A stretch of DNA of 64,000 nucleotides from Macrostomum lignano (taxonomy: Eukaryota), in NCBI GenBank assembly GCA_002269645.1, contig NIVC01001737.1, forward strand, positions 124,001 through 188,000, given 5' to 3'. Below are positions 49,815 to 61,456 of the stretch, piece after piece. Both the position numbers and the translations under genes were made by a program. The stretch's first letter is position 1; the number at the start of each line of letters is the position of its first letter. Below the pieces are notes generated by a model, which made no database searches, was not told where the DNA came from, and was given only the letters and a program-made list of their open reading frames with translations.

Positions 49815-50470
49815 TGGAATCGGGATCATTCTGGACCGGGATCTAGAATCGGGATTAATTCTGGACCGGGATCTGGAATCGGGGTTCATTCTGGACCGGG
49901 ATCTGGAATCGGGGTTGATTCTGGACCGGGATCTGGAATCGGGGTTCATTCTGGACCGGGATCTGGAATCGGGGTTCATTCTGGACCGGGATCTGGAATC
50001 GGGGTTCATTCTGGACCGGGATCTGGAATCGGGGTTCATTCAGGATCTGAAATCGGGGTTCATTCTGGACCGGGATCTGGAATCGGGGTTCATTCTGGAC
50101 CGGGATCTGGAATCGGGATTTATTCTGGACCGGGATCTGGAATCGGGGTTCATTCTGGACAGGGATCTGGAATCGGGGTTCATTCTGGACCGGGATCTGG
50201 AATCGGGGTTCATTCTGGACAGGGATCTGGAATCGGGGTTCATTCTGGACCGGGATCTGGAATCGGGGTTCATTCTGGACCGGGATCTGGAATCGGGATT
50301 TATTCTGGACCGGGATCTGGAATCGGGGTTCATTCTGGACAGCGATCTGGAATCGGGGTTCATTCTGGACCGGGATCTGGAATCGGGGTTCATTCTGGAC
50401 AGGGATCTGGAATCGGGGTTCATTCTGGACCAGGATCTGGAATCGGGGTTCATTCTGGACCGGGATCGGG
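49815..50470. repeat. Minisatellite, 30-bp unit (ctggaccgggatctggaatcggggttcatt)
   Basis: Unit read directly; 10-aa periodic ORFs. Confidence 0.95.
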
Positions 50471-51149
50471 AAATGGAGATTCAGTTGTTAAAATTTTCTC
50501 TAATTTTTAGTTAACATTTTGCTGCAGTGCATTTCAGAACTATAAGAGTCGGATTAAAAAACTTCACACTAAACGAACTGAAAATATGCTGAAAAACACA
50601 AGATATCAATAGTAGTATGCTATGCGAAGTACGCAAAAACGCGTTCAGAAAAATAGAAATATCGCACAAACATCTAGTAATGCCAGCTACTATGTCTTAA
50701 ACATAAACTCGGCAATTAGCTCATATTCGATAGAAACAAGCTTCACTAGTCACCGCTATAAAGCGCAGTTATAAAAAAGTTACACATTTTCAATTTGCTA
50801 AAAAGCACTCTGTTAAATAAGGCAACCGTAGTATTAAGACAAAGTGGATAGCTATTGCGATAGAGAACAAAGCCGAGATACAGGAGTTTTTGTTATAATA
50901 AACACGTTAAACATCACGTACGCATCGTTTCAATTCTGACGAGCGATTGTCAATTGAAGTCTGCAATAAAATTCAAGATTAATAGCCAGCAGTATAGTCT
51001 TCTGCAACTCTCTTTTGTGCAACTGAGTGGGTTCGTTTATTTAGCCAATGGTTCGCAACAAGTACAGGTGTATAACTTTAAAATCAGGAGGACAGGCGCG
51101 AAATTTGTTGTTTCATGGCTCAGAGAATAAGATATCAAAGCTGCATGTA

Positions 51150-51500
51150 TCGCCAACCCCCGTTCCGCCAACCACCTCACTCCGCCAACCACCCCATTCC
51201 GCCAACCACCTCACTCCGCCAACCACCCCATTCCGCCAACCACCTCCCTCCGCCAACCACCCCATTCCGCCAACCACCTCACTCCGCCAACCACCCCATT
51301 CCGCCAACCACCTCACTCCGCCAACCACCCCATTCCGCCAACCACCTCCCTCCGCCAACCACCCCATTCCGCCAACCACCTCACTCCGCCAACCACCCCA
51401 TTCTGCCAACCACCCCATTCCGTCAAACACCCCATTCCGATACCACTCCATTCCACAACCACCCCATTCCGCAACCACCCCACTGCGCCAACCACACCCC
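51150..51500. repeat. Minisatellite, 17-bp unit (tccgccaaccaccccat / tccgccaaccacctcac)
   Basis: Unit read directly. Confidence 0.92.
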
Positions 51501-51853
51501 TCTTCACTAATCATCCTACCCTGCTAACGATCCCAGTACGACAACAAACTTCACTTCCCAATCTCTTTAAAGAGAATTTAGCTCAATACACGAATGAAAT
51601 CAACGAAAATACACAAGAAGCGATTACGGTGATGCTAATTTTTAGCTGTACTTCATTTTTTCTGCACAAGGTCAAAATGCACATGCATGAAAGCAAAACT
51701 AAAACTACGAACAATTAAAGGTTTGTTAATTTCTGTAACAATAAAAACTAAACGAAGGTGCCGTGCATACAAGCTATTTGGATTGCTTTCATGCAGTTAT
51801 TCTTTATACTTTGAACAAACAGAACAACTATGAGTAAATGTTATAAGACTCAC

Positions 51854-51997
51854 CTCTGAGGCTGAAGGATCATCAATGAGCAGGATCTGACACCATCTGC
51901 ACTGGGTAATCACCTGCATATAGTGCATTATCTTGCGCACCAACGGATCCAAATCGTTTTGCTGTTCGAAAATTATTCGAACTAGATCTAATAGTAC
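51854..51997 (-). CDS. PDE5: PDE exon, GAF-B start (VLLDLVRIIFEQQNDLDPLVRKIMHYMQVITQCRWCQILLIDDPSASE)
   Basis: Matches PDE5 VLLDLASLIFEEQQ; tttcag acceptor, GTGAGT donor; 144 nt. Confidence 0.94.
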
Positions 51998-52426
51998 CTG
52001 AAAAGGATGCGTTGTTGAACAGAATTCTATAGGCTGTTATTACATACTATCTGGTTTACCAATAAAATTTTCTAGCCCCGTGTTGGAATTTAACTGGCTC
52101 ATTTTTTTCAACATCAAAATCTCTATTCCGACTTTAACAGACTTGGTCATCTAGCTGGATTTTGATTGGCTGATTGCTGCAGCACCCCAAATTTCAACCC
52201 TAGCTCGCCGTTTATTGGCTAGTGGCTTTACTCCTCAGAATTTCTACCCTATCTCACCGTTCATTGGCTGGTGGCTTTATTCCCTCAGAATTTCTACTCT
52301 ATCTCGCCGTTCATTGGCTGGTGGTTTCACCCTTCAGATTTTCTTTCCTTTCTATACAAATCTTATTAATTGGCTGATTAATTAATACAAAAAGCCGATT
52401 CTACAATCTTAAAACGTCTGTCGAAC

Positions 52427-52516
52427 CTGGTTTCTTTTAGTCTCCAACTGTGACTGTTTGTACAGCTTAGCGTTGCGAATTCCAATGCCGCAGAATGTCA
52501 AGAAGCGCTCGAAAGT
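52427..52516 (-). CDS. PDE5: PDE exon, GAF-A end and linker (TFERFLTFCGIGIRNAKLYKQSQLETKRNQ)
   Basis: FCGI..NA.LY...LE.KRNQ motif; tttcag acceptor, weak donor GTTCGA; 90 nt. Confidence 0.93.
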
Positions 52517-52601
52517 CTGAAAAAAATCGGTAACAGTGTTCTTAATATTAGAGCATCGTCTGAATATATTGATAAAATCTAAGAGAGACAGCGACAAAGA
52601 C

Positions 52602-52763
52602 CTTTTCATCCTTCTCCGTAAACGTCTCGCACTCGGCGCACTTCTTATTCACGGCCTGTGTGACCCCTATGACGTCACCCCGGTGGTCCTTCACCGGCAT
52701 GCAGAGCACACTGCGAGTTCGGTAACCGGTGAGCCGGTCCACCTCCCGGTTGAATCGGCAGTC
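52602..52763 (-). CDS. PDE5: PDE exon, GAF-A core ([26 protein letters not shown]...[16 protein letters not shown])
   Basis: FN.EVD..TGY.T.S.LCMP and NK...F...DE motifs of cGMP-binding GAF-A; tctcag acceptor, atypical donor GTCTTT; 162 nt. Confidence 0.94.
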
Positions 52764-52879
52764 CTGAGAAGAACGGGGGTCGGGGAGGGCGAATGACAAC
52801 AGGAGCTCTCCATCTTCCATTCTCGGCTCTCCAGCTCTCGATTTTGTATCCCCTCTGCAGCCTCTCTCTTCTCATATCT

Positions 52880-53270
52880 TGTGTACCTCTCACCCGTCTC
52901 TCCCTCTCAATCCTCCCTCCCTCTCACCCCTCCCTCACTCTCACCCCTCTCTCCCTTTCTCCCCTCTTCTCCCTCCCATCCCTCTCTCCCTATCACTCTT
53001 TTCTCCGCCTCACCTCTCTCTCCCTCTCACCCCTCCCTCCCTCTCACCCCTCCCTCCCTCTCACCCCTCCCTCCCTCTCACCCTTCCCTCCCTCTCACCC
53101 CTCTCTCTCTTACCCCTCTCTCCCTCTCAATCCTCTCTCTCACCCTTCTCTCTACATCTCACTGTCATTCCCCCTCACCTCTGTCTCCCTTTCTCCCCTC
53201 TTCTTCCTCACCTCCCTCTCTCCCTCTCACTCCTTTTAACGTCTCATCCTTCTATCCTCTCCTCTCCTCT
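52880..53270. repeat. CT-rich low-complexity repeat (ctctcacccctccctcc)
   Basis: Read directly. Confidence 0.8.
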
Positions 53271-53839
53271 CTATTCACGCCCTTCTCTTTGACCTCCCCC
53301 GCAGGCTAGGCTCCTTCCCGCAGCACCAAGCCAGTAATCCAGCTCACAAGCTGCAAGCCAACTGCAAGCATCAAGAGATTAAGCGCCCTTAGGAGGATGC
53401 ATGGCAGAATGTTTTTGAGTGCAAATCCTACAAATCCTCCATCTTTGCCATTTCCAGCATTATTAGCTGATAGATTTGGATAGCTACAGAGTCGGAGAGG
53501 GAGAAGGTCTCGGGTGCCTCAGCTGACAAGCAGCACAGATTGCTCCAAGCAAACATTGTGCTCAATTCTCAAGAAGAGAGAGAGACGGACAGAACTGAGA
53601 TTTGAAGCCTTGGAGATGCCACAATGTGACTCAGTATTTGCCCAGCCGTTCAAGCAGCTGTTTTCAAATTGTACTTGTCCTGCTGTTTTTGAGCAGTGCA
53701 GTTTTCACTTTGTACTCGAGTTCGTCTGCACTGTTTATTCCCCAGGTTGTCTTCCGGTCATGCTCTCCGCTTGCTTTTAGTCTTCTTTTATTTCGAACTG
53801 CTGTCGGTATATCAAATTCAGAAAAATGGCTCTCTTAAA

Positions 53840-56302
53840 TAAAAAACTGGCACTCTTGAATCAAAAAGTGGCACTCTAGTTAAAAAGTGGCAAACTCTTG
53901 AATAAAAAAGTGGCACTCAAGAACCAAAAAGTGGCACTCTTGGATCAAAAAGTGGCACCTTTGAGAGTAAAAAAGTGGCACTCTAGAATCAAAAAGTGGC
54001 ACTCTTGAATCAAAAAGTGGCACTCTTGAATCAAAAAGTGGCACTCTTGAATCAAAAAGTGGCACTCTTGAATCAAAAAGTGGCACTCTTGAATCAAAAA
54101 GTGACACCTTTGAGAGTAAAAAAGTGGCACTCTATAATCAAAAAGTGGCACTCTTGAATCAAAAAGTGACACCTTTGAGAGTAAAAAAGTGGCACTCTAT
54201 AATCAAAAAGTGGCACTCTTGAGTCAGAAAGTGGCACTCTTGAGTCAGAAAGTGGCACTCTTGAATCAAAAAGTGGCACTCTTGAATCAAAAAGTGGCAC
54301 TCTTGAATCAAAAAGTGACACTCTTGAATCAAAAAGTGGCACTCTTGAATCAAAAAGTGGCACTCTTGAATCAAAAAGTGGCACTCTTGAATCAAAAAGT
54401 GACACTCTTGAATCAAAAAGTGGCACTCTTGAATCAAAAAGTGACACTCTTGAATCAAAAAGTGGCACTCTTGAATCAAAAAGTGGCACTCTTGAATCAA
54501 AAAGTGGCACTCTTGAATCAAAAAGTGACACCTTTGAGAGTAAAAAAGTGGCACTCTATAATCAAAAAGTGGCACTCTTGAATCAAAAAGTGACACCTTT
54601 GAGAGTAAAAAAGTGGCACTCGATAATCAAAAAGTGGCACTCTTGAGTCAGAAAGTGGCACTCTTGAATCAGAAAGTGGCACTCTTGAATCAAAAAGTGA
54701 CACTCTTGAATCAAAAAGTGGCACTCTTGAATCAAAAAGTGGCACTCTTGAATCAAAAAGTGACACTCTTGAATCAAAAAGTGGCACTCTTGAATCAAAA
54801 AGTGGCACTCTTGAATCAAAAAGTGGCACTCTTGAATCAAAAAGTGACACTCTTGAATCAAAAAGTGGCACTCTTGAATCAAAAAGTGACACTCTTGAAT
54901 CAAAAAGTGGCACTCTTGAATCAAAAAGTGGCACTCTTGAATCAAAAAGTGGCACTCTTGAATCAAAAAGTGACACTCTTGAATCAAAAAGTGGCACTCT
55001 TGAATCAAAAAGTGACACTCTTGAATCAAAAAGTGGCACTCTTGAATCAAAAAGTGGCACTCTTGAATCAAAAAGTGGCACTCTTGAATCAAAAAGTGGC
55101 ACTCTTGAATCAAAAAGTGACACCTTTGAGAGTAAAAAAGTGGCACTCTATAATCAAAAAGTGGCACTCTTGAATCAAAAAGTGACACCTTTGAGAGTAA
55201 AAAAGTGGCACTCGATAATCAAAAAGTGGCACTCTTGAGTCAGAAAGTGGCACTCTTGAATCAGAAAGTGGCACTCTTGAATCAAAAAGTGACACTCTTG
55301 AATCAAAAAGTGGCACTCTTGAATCAAAAAGTGGCACTCTTGAATCAAAAAGTGACACTCTTGAATCAAAAAGTGGCACTCTTGAATCAAAAAGTGGCAC
55401 TCTTGAATCAAAAAGTGGCACTCTTGAATCAAAAAGTGACACTCTTGAATCAAAAAGTGGCACTCTTGAATCAAAAAGTGACACTCTTGAATCAAAAAGT
55501 GGCACTCTTGAATCAAAAAGTGGCACTCTTGAATCAAAAAGTGGCACTCTTGAATCAAAAAGTGACACTCTTGAATCAAAAAGTGGCACTCTTGAATCAA
55601 AAAGTGACACTCTTGAATCAAAAAGTGGCACTCTTGAATCAAAAAGTGGCACTCTTGAATCAAAAAGTGGCACTCTTGAATCAAAAAGTGGCACTCTTGA
55701 ATCAAAAAGTGGCACTCTTGAATCAAAAAGTGGCACTCTTGAATCAAAAAGTGACACTCTTGAATCAAAAAGTGGCACTCTTGAATCAAAAAGTGGCACT
55801 CTTGAATCAAAAAGTGGCACTCTTGAATCAAAAAGTGGCACTCTTGAATCAAAAAGTGGCACTCTTGAATCAAAAAGTGGCACTCTTGAATCAAAAAGTG
55901 GCACTCTTGAATCAAAAAGTGGCACTCTTGAATCAAAAAGTGGCACTCTTGAATCAAAAAGTGGCACTCTTGAATCAAAAAGTGGCACTCTTGAATCAAA
56001 AAGTGGCACTCTTGAATCAAAAAGTGACACTCTTGAATCAAAAAGTGGCACTCTTGAATCAAAAAGTGGCACTCTTGAATCAAAAAGTGGCACTCTTGAA
56101 TCAAAAAGTGGCACTCTTGAATCAAAAAGTGGCACTCTTGAATCAAAAAGTGGCACTCTTGAATCAAAAAGTGGCACTCTTGAATCAGAAAGTGGCACTC
56201 TTGAATCAAAAAGTGGCACTCTTGAATCAAAAAGTGGCACTCTTGAATCAAAAAGTGGCACTCTTGAATCAGAAAGTGGCACTCTTAAATCAAAAAGTGG
56301 CC
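53840..56302. repeat. ~2.45-kb minisatellite, 21-bp unit (aatcaaaaagtggcactcttg) with higher-order blocks
   Basis: Unit read directly; 7-aa periodic ORFs. Confidence 0.97.
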
Positions 56303-56692
56303 CTATTATAGCAAAACAAGTTCGGGTTCATCGGCATGAAAAACGAAATTTTTACAACTTGTAGAAATTCTTCTTTATGGCCTCCTAAACAGACATTTTG
56401 TGCTCAACATGCGCGTGGCACACGTCGTTTCGAATTTAGCTGCATGGCTTGAGGCCTTGGCTTTAATTTGAAATACAATGGCAGAAGCGACTCAAGCAGT
56501 AAGCCAACAGATGCGTGTGTTGGGGGATTGGGAATTGGTAAACATTCCCATGTCGGTTAAAAGCTTCGCCTTCCTTATTTGGAAGCTAATTTTAGATTGT
56601 ACCCGGAGCCCAGTTTAATGGGTTCCGGTTTTGGACTGGAGCCTCATCATGGCTTTTAGTTTATGACTTATTACAGCACTGTACTGCGGCTA

Positions 56693-57033
56693 ACATCCGC
56701 ATAAGCGCTTCATCTCCGCTCTCTCTCCCTCACAGCTTCATCGCCTTCGCCTCGGAGATTCTGCATGTACATTTTTCTCGTTTCAGTAGGTTATTATACA
56801 TGTGTTTTGCTGGTGAACTATATAGAGAAAGAAGATTATCAAGAAATGACAGGTTAGGGAGAAAGGGCTGAGATGAAGCTGGGAGAGAGAGAGCGGAGAT
56901 GAAGCTGAGAGAGAGAGCGGAGATAAAGCTGAGAGAGAGCGGAGATGAGGCTGTGAGGGAGAGCGGAGATGAAGTTGAGAGAGAGAGCGGAGATGAAGCT
57001 GGTAGAGAGGGAGAGAGAGCGGAGATGAAGCTG

Positions 57034-57107
<74 letters not shown>

Positions 57108-57705
57108 GATGAAGCTGAGAGAGAGAGAGAGAGAGAGAGCGGAGATGAAGCTGAGAGAGAGAGAGTGAGCGGAGATGAAGCTGTGAGGGAGAGAGAGCGG
57201 AGATGAAGCTTATAGAGAGAGAGAGCGGAGATGAAGCTGAGAGAGAGAGAGAGTGAGCGGAGATGAAGCTGAGAGAGAGAGTGAGCGGAGATGAAGCTTA
57301 TTTAGAGAGAGAGAGAGCGGAGATGAAGCTGAGAGAGAGAGAGTGAGCGGAGATGAAGCTGAGAGAGAGAGAGTGAGCGGAGATGAAGCTTATAGAGAGA
57401 GAGAGAGAGAGAGAGAGCGGAGATGAAGCTGAGAGAGAGAGTGAGCGGAGATGAAGCTGAGAGAGAGAGTGAGTGGAGATGAAGCTGAGAGAGAGAGAGT
57501 GAGCGGAGATGAAGCTGAGAGAGAGAGTGAGCGGAGATGAAGCTTATAGAGAGAGAGAGAGAGAGAGCGGAGATGAAGCTGAGAGAGAGAGAGCGGAGAT
57601 GAAGCTGAGAGAGAGAGAGTGAGCGGAGATGAAGCTGAGAGAGAGAGTGAGCGGAGATGAAGCTGTGAGGGAGAGAGAGCGGAGATGAAGCGCTTATGCG
57701 GATGT
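56693..57705. mobile_element. Non-autonomous DNA transposon (MITE-like), ~1.0 kb, with 50-bp perfect TIRs and TA flanks; internally expanded subterminal repeats
   Basis: 56693-56742 (acatccgcataagcgcttcatctccgctctctctccctcacagcttcatc) is the exact reverse complement of 57656-57705; TA at 56691-56692 and 57706-57707; no transposase. Confidence 0.8.
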
Positions 57706-58861
57706 TAACATGGTCTTGTACGTCAAACTGAATATAGCGCTCAATAGCTGTCGAAGAGCTGTCGACTTACTTTTCCATAGCCACACTGGGAAAAGGAGGA
57801 GAATGTATACTTAACGCCCGATTGTCTATGTCAAACTTACTTTGATGCAAATTAGCGGGCAGTTAATGACACTTAACGCCCGATTATCCTGTCCCACTTT
57901 GTCAAGGACACAAATGTCTATGGCACAATAATAGTAATACCCATGCTTTAAGGGCGTTAAAGGGAAATCAGAGGGCGCCGTGCATGGGTATTAATGTACT
58001 ATTATCTCCGGCGGAGATAAGGCATTATATTCGAGTCGCACATGCCGTGGATTACATACAAGAATCGCCTGATACTTGGAGATGAACCATAGACAGAATC
58101 TCCTCGCGATTCTTTATGGGTCATCTCCTCGTATCAGGCAATTCTTGTTTATGTATCTCACGAATACAAGGAGAGGAGAATATTGACTAGATTTGCGGAG
58201 ATTATGAGTATTCATATTATGAGTATTCACTCCCTGTATTCGCGGGAAACGTTTTGTCTATGGTAGAAGAAAGTGTTCAACCAACCTCACTCTGGCTCAA
58301 GGCGTTAATTTTATTGTCTATGGCAGCAGAGGTTACTTACTGAGAATCTCCGCTAGCAAAGCACTAGCGACATAGACAAGGCGTACAGGCAAAGTGGGAT
58401 ACATAGTGTAACACCATGCAATGCCAACGCAAAGTACTCGTTCTTCAGAAACTGTATATAGAACTTAGGCACCAGATCGAATTACTGTCAGCCCATCGTT
58501 ATTGACTTTGTCAACTCAACTCAGCTCTCAACTCTGTGCCTGTGCCATGAGTACTCACTCCTCTACCGAAGCGGAGAGAGACAAAGTTAAGACAAACATT
58601 GAAAACATGAGTTGAGAGGGAGAGAGAGAGGGAGAGAGAGAGAGGGAGAGAGAGAGAGAGAAAATATGTTGAACAAGGGATGCTGGGAAATTAACAGCCG
58701 ATCTCACGACACTCAACCATTACAGCATGTAGTTTGTAAGGATTACTGAGTTCATATAGTGCAGAAGGCAATAAATAAATGTGCTGTGTTAGTCTGTCGG
58801 TGTGTCAGTGCCTCACTATGTCAGTGTGTTGGGTTTTCATTGCTCAAACTAAAGTTCAGCT

Positions 58862-59194
<333 letters not shown>

Positions 59195-59619
59195 TGAAGC
59201 TTCTGTTTTTCAGCATCATCGTCTAACACAGGCATTGGTTTTTATTTCAAATTCTATTTTGAATTCTTGTTTAAATAAAGTGAGGAATTTTTCATTTGGT
59301 TAAGGCGATTCAATGCTACACGGATTATGAAGACATGATTATGAGGCTTGATTATCGACTAATAGGGTAGATTTGGGAGCTGATCACTGATGGAGGGTTT
59401 AGAATAAACAAGCAAAAAAACGATGGCGGCATTTAGAATGAGGCACTGAGGCTGAGAGATTGAAATTTTAATGTGAGGTTGAGCGAGCCGGGCTCAGATA
59501 GAGAAAAGTCGGAAGTGAGTGAAAATAAACCGTAAAAATGAGATTGAGAGTGAAAATTAGCGAGTGACAATAAAAGTGTGAGAATAAAAATACGTATAAA
59601 AATGTAAGTAAAAGTGATA

Positions 59620-60490
59620 ATGAAAGTGGGAGTAAGAGGGAGAGTGAAAGTGAGAGTGAGGGGGGTAAGAAGAGTGAGAGGGAGACAGAGAGAGTGAGAG
59701 GGAGAGGGTGAGGGTGAGAGTGAGAAGGAGAGCGTGAGAGTAAGAGTGAGAGGGGAGTGAGGGTGAGAGTGAGAGGGGAGTGAGGGTGAGAGTGAGAGGG
59801 GAGTGAGGGTGAGAGTGAGAGGGGAGTGAGAGTGAGAAATGAGACTGAGAGTGAGGGGAGTGAGGGGTGAGAGTGAGAGGGGAGTGAGGGTGAGAGTGAG
59901 ACATGTGAGTGAGAGTGAGAGGGGAGTGAGGGTGAGAGTGAGAGGGGAGTGAGGGTGAGAGTGAGAGGGGAGTGAGGGTGAGAGTGAGACATGTGACTGA
60001 GAGTGAGAGGGGAGTCAGAGTGAGAGTGAGAGAGGAGTGAGAGTGAGAGTGAGAAATGTGACTGAGAGTGAGGGGAGTGAGGGGTGAGAGTGAGAGGGGA
60101 GTGAGGGTGAGAATGAGACATGTGACTGAGAGTGAGAGGGGAGTGAGGGTGAGAGTGAGACATGTGACTGAGAGTGAGAGGGGAGTGAGGGTGAGAGTGA
60201 TAGGGGAGTGAGGGTGAGAGTGAGAGGGGAGTGAGAGTGAGAAATGAGACTGAGAGTGAGGGGAGTGAGGGGTGAGAGTGAGAGGGGAGTGAGGGTGAGA
60301 GTGAGACATGTGAGTGAGAGTGAGAGGGGAGTGAGGGTGAGAGTGAGAGAGGAGTGAGGGTGAGAGTGAGAGGGGAGTGAGGGTGAGAGTGAGGGAGGAG
60401 TGAGGGTGAGAGTGAGAGATGTGACTGAGAGTGAGAGATGTGACTGAGAGTGAGAGATGTGACTGAGAGTGAGAGGGGAGTGAGGCAGAG
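59620..60490. repeat. GA-rich minisatellite, ~23-bp unit (gagagtgagaggggagtgagggt)
   Basis: Unit read directly. Confidence 0.92.
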
Positions 60491-61194
60491 CGGCAGTGCT
60501 GATGCAGTGAGGGCAGCAGGCACACAGCAGCACAGCATGCCAGACTGTCATGAGCGCAGCAGTTTCTGCAGAATATTTTAATTGATTGTCACGCCAGCAT
60601 GACTGTCGTTAGCTCGCATAGTAACTATCGCCTGATAAAGACTGTACTACCACAGCCTATATATATTGCACACAATAATTGAATTACACTATATAATATA
60701 ATAATGGATATGGATAGCCTCGCTTCATGTGATTATAGATTACATTAATATATACCATATTGCCTGTCATAATTCTGAGCATCAGACGATGTACTTGAAA
60801 GCTTAACTGAGAGAGCCATCTATTATCAAACCGAAGCTTTGTTGGCTTCAAAAAGGTTGCAGCCTTTGAAATTGCTTAAGAAATTGAATCCGGAATTTCA
60901 TTTTCATTAATTTAAATCTTTCTTTGACGGTGGATAAGCCGGGCTAACTGAATTTCTTTGAGAATGGCTTATTCCCAGAAAATTAATTTCTGAAGAGATG
61001 AGTTGAAGCGCATCAAAGTGTGTCCAATAACGAAATAATTGCAAATCTATTGTGGTTTGGAGCAGTGGGGCTGCGTGATTAATATCAGATGAAGCTGCCT
61101 TTGAAATCTCTACATAAGACAGAATCCGTACCTAGCATAGCCATCGGTGCCGACAAAGATTAACAATTTTAAAAGGATAGGAACGATCTAGTAA

Positions 61195-61450
61195 CCCATT
61201 TTGCATAGCAACCACCGAGTAGTCCTTATAGCCAGATCTGCATGGCAACTCAAAGCCCAATAGCAACCTAAATCTGCAAAGCAACCCAGATTCGCATAGC
61301 AACCCAGATCCACATACCAGCCCCAGATCCGCATAGCAACTCCGGATCCGCATAGCAACCCCAGATCCGCATAGCAACTCCAGATCCGCATAGCAACCCC
61401 AGATCCACATAGCAACCCCAGATCCGCATAGCAACCCATAGTGCATGGCA
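61195..61450. repeat. Minisatellite, 19-bp unit (gcatagcaaccccagatcc) abutting the donor of the first visible PDE exon
   Basis: Unit read directly. Confidence 0.9.
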
Positions 61451-61456
61451 ACTCAC

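Noticed and set aside
49755-50514. GPGSGIGVHS-repeat ORF resembling a silk or elastomer protein
   Set aside because: Open in several frames on both strands because of a 30-bp unit; no signal peptide or unique domain
53880-56311. Long ORFs on both strands (LFDSRVP, IQECHFL, LNQKVAL repeats)
   Set aside because: A 21-bp stop-free unit opens several frames automatically; intronic, with no start or splice support
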